From NCBI RefSeq assembly GCF_009914755.1, contig NC_060934.1: DNA of 64,000 nucleotides; one strand, given 5' to 3'. Made by a program: the position numbers and the translations under genes. Shown in pieces: positions 49,701-62,000 of the stretch; positions within the stretch are counted from its first letter, which is position 1, and each line of letters starts with the position of its first letter. This DNA comes from the human T2T-CHM13v2.0 reference genome, Homo sapiens. The notes beneath the pieces are model-generated. The model worked only from the letters and a program-made list of their open reading frames with translations. It was not told where the DNA came from and ran no database searches.

Positions 49701-52224
49701 AGGGCTGGCTTGTCCAGTCCCTGGGCACTGATGCAGGTGTGACTCAGGGTCCCAAAGGGGATGGCAAAGCTCAGGCTGCCCCCCACCCATTTGATCTGCC
49801 TGGGAAGGGACTAACCCCTGGCCTGTGGCTGAAGATCCTGGGGCAAGGGATGGGGCTGGCTCCGTTTGTGGGGCCTCCTCAGGGTCCTGGCACCTTCAGC
49901 CCAGTCCACAACCCCGAGTGGTCAGGGTGCCATGTTCCCCAGCCCTAGTGGGGTTGCCCCCTCCCTCTGGCTGTCGTAGCCACCGTCCTCTGGCAGGGAT
50001 GCTTCTGCTCCATGGGAGGCCTTCTCCTTGCCAACATCCCCTCATTTGCCCTCATTTGAGGCCCTTTCATTGGGTCCTATGGAGGGGTTCCTGGCTCCCC
50101 CAACAGCAAGGGGCCGTAAGCATGCTGGCCCAGAAGCTCAGGGTGCCTGCGTGCACCAGCGGGCGTGTGCACCAGCGTGAGGAGTGTGCATGCACATGGA
50201 CGTGCTTCTGTGTGAGCACACGAAGTTGGTTCTCAGAATGCTCAGCCTGTATTAAATGCTCACAAGGTGCTCATGGAAGATGATGAACTGGCTGCTGATT
50301 TGGGTACGGAGGCCAGTTCTGGCTATGAGGCCAGGGGACTTGGAGACATCAGCCTGCAACCCTGGGCGGGGGTGGGGGCTGGTTTTGGGCAAAGGCTCAT
50401 CTTCCACAGCTTAACTCTGGCAAACCTTTTCTGTAAGTGAAAGTCGCCGGCTTGGGTGGCCCCACTGTGGCCTGGCTCACGGACAGCGTATAAAGGAACC
50501 TGGGGGCTGTGCTGTGTGCTAGTAAAACTTTCTTCACAAACGCTGGAGCGGCCAGGTGTGGCCCGCTGGCCCCCGGGGTGCATGGGGTCTGTGCTCCTCG
50601 GTCCTGGCGCCAGCACCCGGCTGGGACTGGTGAGGGCACCGCCCGGGACTGGCCTCCCTTTCTCGCGAAAGTCTTAGCCCATCAGAGTTGAAGGCAGCCC
50701 GCTTCCCACGGCTGCTGCAGGGCTCAGTGAGACCATTTGCACAGGGGGCCCAGCCCGCACTCCAGAGATGCTCCTGCCGTTGCTAGCCCGTGGCTGCAGG
50801 CCCCACAGCGGTGCCTGGCCAGAGGAGAATGGGGCGGGTGGCGCTCACTCTGACCACCCCCACCCACCACAGAGCAGAACCCCCCGCCCCGTGTTCATCC
50901 CCTCACAGGCCCCAAGGCCACTGCTGTGCCCTCCCCGGCGAGTCGCAATGCTGTGTTGCTTTTCTGTCTCTTTCTCTCCATCTCCCTCTCTTTTTTCTCT
51001 GGTTTAGCTAGAGCGGTCTTGAAAATTGCATCTGGTTTGTTACCAGTTACGCGTGTTCCCTGTGGAAACGTGGATTCTGTGGACCCGTTTTCCATGGTCT
51101 GTGGTAACATCAGCGTTCGCAGAACTGTTTTCCTGACGCGCTCACAGCAGCTTGTTGGGCGGGATGAGGCCAACAGGGGACAGGGCTCGGGGACATTGGC
51201 TGCACTTGGGCCTCGAGAATGATGGGGCAGCCAGGTGCCCGTGCAGCGAGGTGGCCTGCACTCTAGGACGTGAGCTGCTTCTGAGGACAAATCCCCCAAA
51301 GCCACGCACAGTGCTGGGCACTAGCCGTTAAGCGCAGGCTGCCCGGCCCAGCGAGTCCCAGGATGAGAAGGCCTTTACAACTGGGATTGGTGTCCCGGCT
51401 GTGGCAGCCGCGGGGCCTTAATTGTGGCTCCCCCAGCAGTGGCTGCTCCTGCCCCCTGTGCCCCTTCCCCTGCAGCTCGTGTGGCCCAGCAGGGCAGGAC
51501 CTGAGGGTGCCAGGTGGGCAGATGGGGATGAGGGCTCTCTCGGGGCCACTGAAAGCATCTGGGCCATCTCCAGAGGGCTCAGCCCCGGGCCACGCGCAGC
51601 CCCACCCCAGACACACGTCATGCACCTGGAACCCTGCTCCTGTAGGACGGCATTCTCCAGGGCTCCTGCAGGACGGCATTCTTCTGGGCTCCTGCAGGGA
51701 GCTTTCTCCAGGGGCTTGCTTTGGGGGTTGAAGCGTTGCCTGGCCCTAGGGGTTGTCTTCCCTGAGTCCCCCAGCCCCTCGGAGAGGAGGGAACGGCTGA
51801 GCCTGTGAGCAAGGAGCCTGGGTTTTGGGGTCCAGGGCCATGGGTCACAAGCAGCCAGACCCCTCCCCGGGCCAGGTCAGGCCTCCTGGGAGCATTCCTG
51901 CTGGGGTCCACATGTCCCCTGGGGCCATGGACTGAGATTCGGAGCCTCTGGGCCTGTCTCTGGCCAGGGAAGCAGCTGACCTCCCGGCCATATGCTGCTT
52001 GGCTTTGGAAGGCACATGTCTTGCCCTGCTGTGTCCAACCCAGGACATACGTAGGGAGCATGGGCATTGGTTTACCATCCTGAAATACAGCCCTGGACTC
52101 AGGGCATGGCTCGCTGCCCAGACCTGCCGGAGCATGGGTCGGGGGCCTTGGCTCTGGGGGCTGGTGCGGGTGGCAGATGTGCCAGGGTCCCTTCTCACTG
52201 TGGTTTCTCTCTCTCCATTGCCAG

Positions 52225-53872
52225 GTCCGGCCTCTTTGGCCTACCCCCGTTGGCTCCGCTGCCCCAGGTTGATGAGTCCCCTGTCAACGACAGCCATGGC
52301 CGGGCTCCCGAGGAGGGGGATGCAGAGGTGATGCAGCTGGGGTCCAGCTCCCCCCCTCCTGCCCGCGGGGTTCAGCCCCCCGAGACCACCGGCCCCGAGC
52401 CACCCCCGCCCCTCGTGCCGCCGCTGCCCGCCGGAAGCCTGCCCCCGTACCCTCCCTACTTCGAAGGCGCCCCCTTCCCTCACCCGCTGTGGCTCCGGGA
52501 CACGTACAAGCTGTGGGTGCCCCAGCCGCCGCCCAGGACCATCAAGCGCACGCGGCGGCGTCTGTCCCGCAACCGCGACCCGGGGCGCCTCATCCTCAGC
52601 ACCATCCGCCTGCGGCCGCGCCAGGTGCTCTGTGAGAAGTGCAAGAGCACGCTGAGCCCCCCGGAGGCCAGCCCCGGACCCCCAGCCGCGCCCAGGGCCC
52701 GCAGGAGGCTGGGCAGCGGCCCGGACAGGGAGCTCCGCAAGCCGGAGGAGCCGGAGAACGGCGAGCCCACGGCTGCGGCCACCGCCAGGAGGAGCAAGAG
52801 GGAGAGGCGCGAGGAGGACAGGGCCCCGGCAGAGCAGGTCCCGCGGAGCCCGGTCATCAAGATCTCCTACAGCACGCCCCAGGGCAAGGGAGAGGTGGTC
52901 AAGATCCCCTCCCGCGTGCACGGCTCTCTGGAGCCCTTCCGTCCCCAGCAGGCCCCGCAGGACGACGGCAGCCAGGACCCCGAGGTGCTGGACAGAGAGT
53001 CCCGGGACCGGCCGTCCTGCGCGCCCTCGGCCTCCATCCCCAAGTTGAAACTGACACGGCCTGTGCCGGCCGGCGCGGACCTGCCGCCCCCTAAGATCCG
53101 CCTGAAGCCCCACCGTCTGGGGGACAGCGAGCACGAGCCCGTGTACCGGGCCGAGCTGGTCGGGGAGCTGAACGGGTACCTGCGGGACAGCTCGCCGGCG
53201 CCCTGTGCGGACGGCCCTGCCGGTGGGCTGGCGGACTTGTCTTCTGGAAGTTCGGGTGAGGACGATGACTTCAAGAGCTGTCCCCAGGGTCCACAGGGAC
53301 GCGAGGGCTTGGCTTTTCTCGTCAGCTGCCCTGAGGGGAGAGCGGACTGTGCCAGTGAGTCGGCGTGCAGCAGCGACAGCCTGGACGAGGCCAGATCGTC
53401 CGGCTCGGAAGGGACGCCGGCAGACACGGGTGACCTCTCGCCTGGCCACGGCGCGTCAGCGCCCTCGGTGTCCAGAGAGGCTCGCCAAACGGTGCCGCCC
53501 CTGACGGTCAGGCTGCACACACAGAGCGTGTCGGAGTGCATCACGGAGGACGGCAGGACTGTGGCCGTGGGGGACATCGTCTGGGGTAAGATCCATGGTT
53601 TTCCTTGGTGGCCGGCGCGTGTTCTTGACATCAGTCTCGGCCAGAAGGAGGACGGAGAGCCGTCTTGGCGAGAAGCGAAGGTCTCGTGGTTTGGTTCTCC
53701 GACTACGTCGTTCTTGTCTATTTCAAAACTCTCCCCTTTCTCTGAATTTTTCAAACTGAGATTTAATCGTAAGAAGAAGGGGATGTATCGGAAAGCTATA
53801 ACCGAGGCTGCAAATGCCGCAAGACACGTGGCCCCGGAAATCAGGGAGCTCTTAACCCAGTTTGAAACGTAA
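52225..53872 (+). CDS. PWWP2B: PWWP2B coding exon 2 with C-terminal PWWP domain; total CDS 1773 nt = 590 aa
   Basis: Acceptor ctctccattgccag|G at 52224/52225. The frame is open to TAA at 53870-53872. It contains VGDIVWGKIHGFPWWPARV (PWWP motif) and RPRQVLCEKC, a motif shared with PWWP2A. PWWP2A/B are known to associate with the MTA1-HDAC1/2-RBBP4/7 NuRD subcomplex. Confidence 0.96.
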
Positions 53873-56800
53873 CTGGTTCCCTGACCAGGTGAGTGTGCCA
53901 GCGGCAGCCTCCTTCCCCCCAGCGGCCCAAGCTCACACCTGTGTCCAGGCCATGCCTCTGCTCCGGGCCCTGAGGCCCAGGGAGCCGCCGCCTGTGCCCC
54001 TCAGCTGGCTTGCTTGGGGCCCCAGCCGTCTGGAAAATGGTTGCCCTCACTGGTGATGCCATCTGCGCTTCTGATTCACACAAGAGGCGCACTGCAAGGA
54101 GGCCAGCCACCGCTGGTGCTTGTTGGAAGCACACAGCGAGTTTGTGTTTGGCAGCCATTTTTCAAAGGCCGGAAGGGAGCTTCTCATGCTCTCAGTCGTT
54201 GTTTGGAGTCAGGGATGTGGTTTGACGGATCCTGGGGAGGGGAGAGCCCAGGCTGAGGCCCTGTCTTGCGTTACTCCCTCAGGGAACAAACTCTCACTGC
54301 TCTTTCCAAAGATCAGAGCGGGCATCTCCCTCCTCCTGCACGCGGATAGGCCATCCCAGGACATTAAAGGAGGGAGGGCGAGGTGAGCTTCCCACCCTCA
54401 GATGAAGCCCCCACCCCAACTCCCCAGACTGGCCCAGCCCTGCCCCCTGTGACCCCCCAAATCTTCCTCCTGGGTCAGTGCGCACTCCGTCGTCAGCAGG
54501 CTGTGTGCGTGGCCAGGCGCCCGGGACCTGGGACATGGTGTGGGGGCCTGTTCCCGGGGACGGCGTCTCACTGTCGGCCTCTACTACGAGCACTTTCTAG
54601 AATCTCCAGCCAGGCCTTGTGTGGATTCTCTGTGCCTGGGGGGCACTACGCTGTGTGGAGGTGTGGGGGTGTCACCTTGTGGGGCTGGGGGCACCACCCA
54701 TGCCCCTGTAATCACCACGTGGGGCATCCGGAGCCTGCCGAGGGGCTGTTTTCTGCCCTGAGCTCCTGAAGGCCACTCTCCCAGCTCCAGAGGCCTTCTC
54801 AGCACCTCCTAGATGCCCCTCTTGTCTTCCCAGCAGGAGAAGGCAGGCCAGGGAGCAGTCCTTTCTGGGTGGGGGCAGCTGGTGGCCCTCTGTGCTCTTC
54901 TTCCTGGCTCCATGGCCTAACCACCCCATGGATGCAGAGATTCCAGGGCCAGGGGCTGTACGCAGAGGGCAGGGGCAGGGCTCCGCCTAGGCCTTGGTGA
55001 CGTCTGGTGACCTTGTCTTCCCTGGCCACCTGCCCAGAGGCCTTAGAGTTTCCCAGGTGACCGTCCTCGGGCCTTTGTTGGGGGCGGGGACTGGAGCGCC
55101 TGGTGCCCCTCCACTGCTGCACCCTGCGTATTGGGGTTCCGGCGGAAGCAGTGATGAGAGACCACTGTGGTTGAGCCAGGGTCCCCAGGGTCCCCAGGCT
55201 GCCTGGCTGCCCAGGCTCTGGCCTGGCCTCACCCCCTCCCTCCAGCCACCCGGCTGCATCTGCCTTGCTCTCCTGAGGCCAGGCACAAACCTGGCTGCTC
55301 CCCCCGCCCCAGGAACCAGGCCCTTTTCTGATCAGTTCTGGGGCCTTGGGGCAGGCGTGGGGCAGGTGCCTTGTTGGCGAGTGGGTGTGGGTGCCGTCTC
55401 TCAGCTTGAGTCTGGGGAGTGTCTCAAGCCAGGGCACCATCTTCTGAGGGGTAGGAGGAGGGTCAGAGGACTCCCGTCTGCTGTCCTGGGGGGCCCTCCC
55501 CGAGTTCTGGACTCAGGCATTTGCGAGGCATGACATCCCCCCACGCAGGACGTCTCCAAGTGAGGCCTGAGGCCTTGGCTGGCAGGGAGTGCCCAGCCGG
55601 GAGGGAGGACGGGAGGACACAGTCTTGCAGGCTCAGGGCCGGCTGTGTTTATCCGGAAGTGGAGGAAGAATCTCACCAGACGGGTTTGCCTGCCTCCACG
55701 GGGGGCAGTGCCTGCACACGGGGCCTGCGCCGGGACCAGCCCCCTGCTCTGGGAGTGGGGGTGCCGGATCCTTTCAGCACCAAAGCGCAGAGTGGTGTGT
55801 GCCTGGTTGGCTTTTTGGTCTTATTTCCTGAGGGCTAAAGACCAAGTGCTCAGTGTGATCAGAGCTGGTGTCTCGTGGGGCCTGGGATCTCCCGCCCTCT
55901 GTGGGGTTGGTGGTCCTTGAGGGACACGTTTGCTTTGAAGTGTCAGCAGCGCACCTCTGGTCTGCTCTTTGTAGGGGAAATGCGGGGGTACCTGCCTTTC
56001 CTGGGAAGGGGGACCCGCCACCACCATCGTGAAGGCGCCTCTCTGAGCAGAGGCTGAGTGAGGTGTGGGGCGCTGCTGGCCATGCCCGAGGGAGGGGCGG
56101 GAGGAGGAGGCTGGTGTGGGGGCTGGAGCTCGGGCAGGGAGGCCTTCCGGGGAAGGTCGTCCTCCCAGCTCCCGCCCACCGGCCACCCTGGCCTGGCCCC
56201 AGCCGCTCCTGCAGCTGCCCGAGGATGAGGACGGGGATGGCTGGGCGGTGTCAGAAGCTTCCTGAGGTTTGTGGGTGTCTGCTGCCTGAGGCACTTGTCA
56301 AGGAGCAGTCACCGCAGGCACTGCGAGATCGGCTCCGTTGCAGGGACACTGAGCCCAGCATCTACCCATGAGAGACCCCTCACTCTCTCTCAGCTTGCTG
56401 CGGGGCTGGAGGCCCTGCTCAGGGGTAGGCGGATGCCCCACAGACCACAGGGTGCCAGGGCATTGGGCCTGTGGCCGGCAGTGCCAAGAGGCAGCCTGGC
56501 TGGCACAAGGGACGGGCACATCGGCCTCAGCAGGGGCCGCGCCAGGACGCATGGCTGTGACACACTTGGGCACCCCTCCGTGTGAGGTCCTGATGGAGGT
56601 GCGCCGAGGCTGGGCTGGCCTCCTGTGCAGGAATAGAGGCCGTTGGGCCTTGTCCCAGCCGGTCACCTGCTGTTGCGGTCTCAGGGAGCCAACACCTCTG
56701 AGCCTGTTTGTTCACCGCTCCCAGGGTAACAACAGGTCCCACCTCTGAGTGAGCCGCACTCCACCCCGGTGGTCACGGCCGGCTCCAGGGCCTGTGAATG

Positions 56801-57414
56801 GCCTGTGGCCGCTGCCCTTGGAGGTGACCACTGTGCCCTCTCAGGCTGGCAGGAGAGGCCGTTCCCTGGGACTTCTCCTACACCCACAGGGACCCCATGG
56901 GATTAGAGCTGAGGTCCGGGGCGGGGGCAGGTGGTGGAGACCAGGCTCTGGGGTTACTGTGCCTGGGAGCAGCCTCCTGCTTCAGGTGCAGGCACCGGAC
57001 ATGCAGGGTCAGGGGCCCAGCAGGAGCTGCCTGGCCAGGCTTGTCCTGCAGCTGGGAATGGGGACCCAGAGAAGGCAATGCCACCCACACCCCCACCACC
57101 GCCTGGGCCCACCGAGCCTGAGAGGGGAAGGCAGCTCCTCCCCAGGGTGAGCCCCAGGGCCTCGGGCTGGGGTCCTGCCCCTGTCCAGGCTCAAGGTCCT
57201 CTCTCTGCTCCCCTGGTCTCTCCCTCACCACCCACCCACACCTCTACTGAGGGCCAAGCACTCCACTGGGCCCAGGCTAGAAGGGGGCCAAATGGGGAGG
57301 GCTGTGAATCACCAGTTCCCAAATTAGTGCATAATCACACACAGGAACTGCTGAGAAGGAAGGGAAGAGGGGCTTGAAGCAGAGCATCCAGCGAGAAACC
57401 TGGCCTGGACTGGG

Positions 57415-57720
57415 ATCCGGGAAGGCTTCCTGGAGGAGGTGGCAGGAGCCAGGATCTGAATGGTGAGCTAATCAGGAGCTGATGGGGTGAGGGTGGGGGC
57501 AAGTGTTCTAGGCAGGAGGAGGGCAGGGCATGTTCCAGGGGTTGCGGAGGTGGTCAGGGGGCCCGGTGGGCCAAGGCACAGACTCTGGGTGCTGTTGGAG
57601 AATTACAGACAGAGGAGTGAGATGGTCTTGTTATTATTTGTCAGTTAAAAATAAAATGAAACTTTAAAAAAATCTGATAGCTTTACAAATAAAAGCAGTG
57701 ACCTCCAGCTGTGAGGACAG
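57415..57720 (-). mobile_element. L2-like remnant
   Basis: 'ggaaggcttcctggaggaggtggc...ggatctgaatggtgag...aagtgttctaggcagga' is typical of the antisense L2 3' region. Confidence 0.5.
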
Positions 57721-58191
57721 GGAGAGTGACGGGGGACGGGGAGGCTGGGCGGTGTGCAGGTGTCGCTCCTGGAACTAGGGGAGCCACGGTCTGTGCCCCG
57801 CATCCTCAGGGGTGGCTCCAGTTCTCGGGAGGTGCCTGAGGCCTGGCTGGAGGCATCTCAGGGGAAAGCTCAGAGGCGGGTCAGGCAGAGGGCTGGGGGC
57901 AAGGATCCATATTCATCAGGGGGGACCTGGGCCAGGACAATGCTTGGCGGGGAGCTCCACAGACTGGCTGCTTGAGGCAGAGGCTTTGGAGCAGCAGAGG
58001 CAGGTGGAGATGACAGGTGACTGGATGTGTGCACTGTGCGGGAGCAGGAAGGAGGGTGGCGGAGAGTGGGTGGCACTGGCCAGCCGTGTGGGGAGGACCT
58101 GAGGGGCTCGGGACCTTGCCCGTCCTGCACCTCAGCACCACTGCAGGGGAGGGGGGCGTGCCCAGAGGGGCGGCGGGCTGCCTGGTGTTTT

Positions 58192-58295
58192 GGGAGCCAT
58201 GAGGGCCAATGGGGACACCTGGTCCTGGGAGCCGTGAGGGCCAACGGGGCACCTGGTCCTGGGAGCTGTGAGGGCCGACGGGGCACTTGGTCCTG
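58192..58295. repeat. ~34-bp tandem repeat x3
   Basis: 'gggagccgtgagggccaacggggcacctggtcct' variants. Confidence 0.85.
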
Positions 58296-58623
58296 CACAG
58301 GCACCTCCTGTGCTTCCCTGTCGTGGCCAGGGCAGGCCGTGCTCCACCGACGTGCGGACTGGAAGCTGGGCACCTCCCTGAAGTGGGGACTCAATGCTCT
58401 CCTGGTGTCCCGGCCTCTTGGGCAAGGGGGAGATTTCACAGCTTCCAGACAGTGCAGGCTGGAGGGGTCCAGCCTCCTGTGGCCCCAGGGGCCCAACCCT
58501 TTCCCCTCCTGCCCTGGCAGGGGACTTTTGGGGGCGTACCCAGCACAGCCTCCGTCAGCAGTTGGGAGCACGGGGTTTCTGCGCCACTGGACGGTCAGTG
58601 TTCCTGGGGTCGTCCTTGTCTTC

Positions 58624-59010
58624 TGTGAGTTTCCTGTAGCTGCTGTAACAAACCTCCACACACTGGGGCTCTGAGACCACAGGCGTTTATTCCCACGCCT
58701 CTGGGGGTCAGGAGCTTGAGTCAAGGCGAGCAGGGCTGTGCGCCTTCAGCTCCAGACAAGAATCCCTCTTGCCTCCACAGACCTGGGGGTCCAGGCTTCC
58801 CCCTCTCATGACCACGTCGCCCCAGGCTCTGCCTCCATGGGCTCAAGGCCTCTGCCTCTTCGAAGTACCCTGGTGGCATCTGGGGACCCGTAGATAGCAC
58901 GGGAGGGGCCGCTCATCTGGAAACCCTTTAATCACAACGCAAACACGATGTGGCAGAAGGTGCCATTCCCAGGCTCCCAGGACGAGGAGCACCCGGTCTC
59001 ATTCACTCCA
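58624..59010. mobile_element. MaLR LTR (MLT1B/C/D-like)
   Basis: 'tgtgagtttcctgtagctgctgtaacaaacctccacacactgggg...tttattcccacgcctctgggggtcaggag' is a typical MLT1 terminus. Confidence 0.7.
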
Positions 59011-62000
59011 CATCCCCAGCGGTTGTGTGGGCAGCGCGGGCACAGCCCAGGGTCCACCCGAGCCTCATGTCCGACAGAAGGGAAGGCCCCAGGAAGCAGG
59101 GGTGGAGATGGGCTTCAGCCCAGGGGCCCGTGGGGCGAGGGAGGGACCCACTGCTTCAGAAAGGTCCGCTGTGCACAGGCCATGGGGGCAGCATGGGCCG
59201 CTTCCGACCTTCAGCTTCATAATGTTGATTTCTCCTGGGAAATAAAGATAATAATCAGGAAGCTGCCCGGCACTGGAGTGCTGAGTCGGCAGGAGCCGCT
59301 GCCGGGACTTGGGAGAGTGTGGTGCTCACTGGAGTCTCCGGGCCAGAAGCAGCGACGCCGCCGTCTCCAGGCTTCGGCTTTTCTGATTGATGTTTTCCTT
59401 TTAGAACAGCGTCCTTGAGCTTCCTGCACAAAACTTGCTTTTCTCTTCCTCCAACTCTAAATAAAAACGCTCTTCTGCTTCTGAGGACGGGTTTCTCAGC
59501 TGACTTCCCTGCGTTGCTTTCAGGGAATTCAGGTCCCACGTGAAGGTTGTAATTATTTTGTTCCAGAAGGAAACAGAGGCCTGTAATTCTGAGCCTGCTG
59601 CAGGGGCTCAGGCCCCGCCCTACCTCCTGGCTCCCAGCAGCCGGGCAGCCGGTCCTTGCCGCTTCCTCCCAGCCAGCAGCTTGGGCATTGAGGCCATGTT
59701 GGTGGGGCAGGCGGGCAGGTGCTGGGGTGTTTGGAGTTGCTTCTCAGGGGGTCAGATGCCTGGGACATGGGGGACTTTCCCAGTGTGGGGGGACGCTGCT
59801 GGAGGCCCCTGCTCACCCATGCCTTCAAAGCCAAGCGTTGTGCCCACCTCTGGTGAGATGCCCTAATACTATGCGGACCTGTTGCCAGACCTCCTACTTG
59901 CTTCCTGGGTCTCACCTTCAGCTCCAAATCCTTGCCCCTGACCCCACCGGGCTTCAATGCCCTGGACAGGGCATGTGCCCCATGTCAGAGGATTGGGAGT
60001 GGAGGGTGGGACTTCCTGCACTCCATGGGGCTCACTCTCTTACCAGGACCCCTTCAGGGGCCGTGGGAGCTCCTGCCCGGCAGGAGGCTGTTCTCTCCTG
60101 GAGACCCGGGGGTTGGTTGTGGGCTTGGGGTTGTTGGCCTAATCCGTTCCCGATCAAGTTCACCCAGGTTTTCACCCTGGGGCTCCGCCTACCGTTGGTG
60201 ATCACTTTAAGATTTGCTCTTTCAGGAGGGATTACGAGGTGCTGGCCCTGGTCTTCATTTACTCACTGGAATTCTTGCAGAAAAGCCTCTTTCCTTACCA
60301 GCTTTCAGTGGCACTGCACCAAGACTTGCGGCCACCCCCCGCTTGCAGAGAATTCTCATGGAGGCCAGGGTAGATGTGGGGGCTGGTTCCCCAGCTCCTT
60401 CCAGCGTGGCCGAGGAGTCCCTCCTGAGCGTGTGTGTCTCGTGAAAGCGCACATGTTTGCTAACATATCTAGTCGGGTTCGATCCACACAAGTGCTATTC
60501 TTTCCATGCTCAGACGGTGCCATCTTGGGTCAGCTGGCGGAGGCCAGCGCCAGTGTCCTGTGGTGACCACAGCAGCCTGCTGGCATCTTTGCCCCCGCCG
60601 TGCCACGTCATCTGGGCTCACTGTGCGTTTTCTGGCTCAGGCCTGAGGCAGCCACGTCCCTGGGAGCTCTGCTTCCTGCTTTCTGCCCCTCGGGCCGCTG
60701 CTGTTTCTAAACCTTTGCAGTCAACACAGCTAGGATTCACTTTTGTGTCTGATGCCGGAAATCTTGACGTTTAATGTTAACATGATCAATTTTATAGATG
60801 TAAAGGTTAATATATCTATATCAACATGTAATATAGGTGTGTAAAATATTTAAAATATAACAACATAATGTCACATATTACTGAAAATAATATATGTAAT
60901 ACTATTCTGATGCAGTATGATAGTTTCGGAAGAAAAGGACCCTAGCACCTCCCACCAAGGAGGGTGCCCGCGGGCGTCCCGGTGGGTGGTGGCAGTGAAC
61001 GCCTGAGCTCGCCCTGCCCGTCTTTTTGTCCTGGGGTCTGGCCCTTTGGGGTATGTGTCACATCCCTCTCTCTGTGGCAAAGTCATGACCTCAGAACACA
61101 CTTAAGCATCTTCATTCACTTTCTATTTTTGGAGACTCCTCGTTTTTTTAAAACCCACTGTGTTAGGATTCTGTGGCACCTCCGCAGCCCTGGGTCCACT
61201 CCCGTCCTGGTCTCCCCGGCCTTCCTGTGGCCGCATCTGGGCAGGGCCCCATCGTCCTTCCGGGCTTCCAGCCTAAGCAGGCCCCACGCCGGCTTCTCCT
61301 CCCCGCCCCTCGCCTCCTTGTGATGTGCAGAGCTGTGGGACACACCCAACTCCCTGGGGGGACTCTGGCTGTCCCAGTCTTTTCTCCAACAAGCTGTGGG
61401 GAGGGTGTGAGCCACCAGCTTTCTCACCATGGAGAAGGTGTGGCCCAGGCAGGGAGGTGCTGGTGCCTTGGGGCCTCAGAGACAGTGGGGTGGGAGAGAG
61501 GTAGGTGAGCACGAGACTCCGACCCCGTGTCCCGGTGGGGGCTCTGAGGGCTCCCAGGCAGGTGGGGCCCCAAGGCCTCCAGGTTCCTGAGAACACCTCA
61601 TGTCCTGGAGGCCTCAGTGACGCAGAGCAGCTGAGCTCAGCTCCATGAGCGAGGGTCATCTAGAAAGGTAGGAGAGACGTGAGGAGCGGCCAGTGCTGCT
61701 CCAGCCTTGGAGTCTGTGTCTCTGCTGCCGGGAGAGGGAAGGCTCCTGCGAAGGCCACTGCTGCTGTTCGGGACGAAGGGCCCGTCCAGGCTGTCTCCTC
61801 CCAAGGCCCGTTACACATGTTTCTAATGAGGATAGTGGCTGATGGATGTTTACCGACATTTCCAAAGGTCATGCTGTTGTTGATGGAGAAGGACTTGGAT
61901 GGTTTTCATGACCTCCTGGGGCTGTGTGTTTCTTTGCAGGGAAGTGTGGTTGCCTTTGATTTGAGCCTCTTTCGAATCCTAAAATGCTGCATTAGAAGGG

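Noticed and set aside
52067-52224. 601-aa single-exon version of PWWP2B from the ORF track
   Set aside because: It starts at a non-ATG codon in the intron. The spliced model with exon 1 has canonical sites and gives 590 aa.
52241-53754. 402-aa and 295-aa antisense ORFs over PWWP2B
   Set aside because: Expected shadows of a GC-rich coding exon, with no independent motifs.
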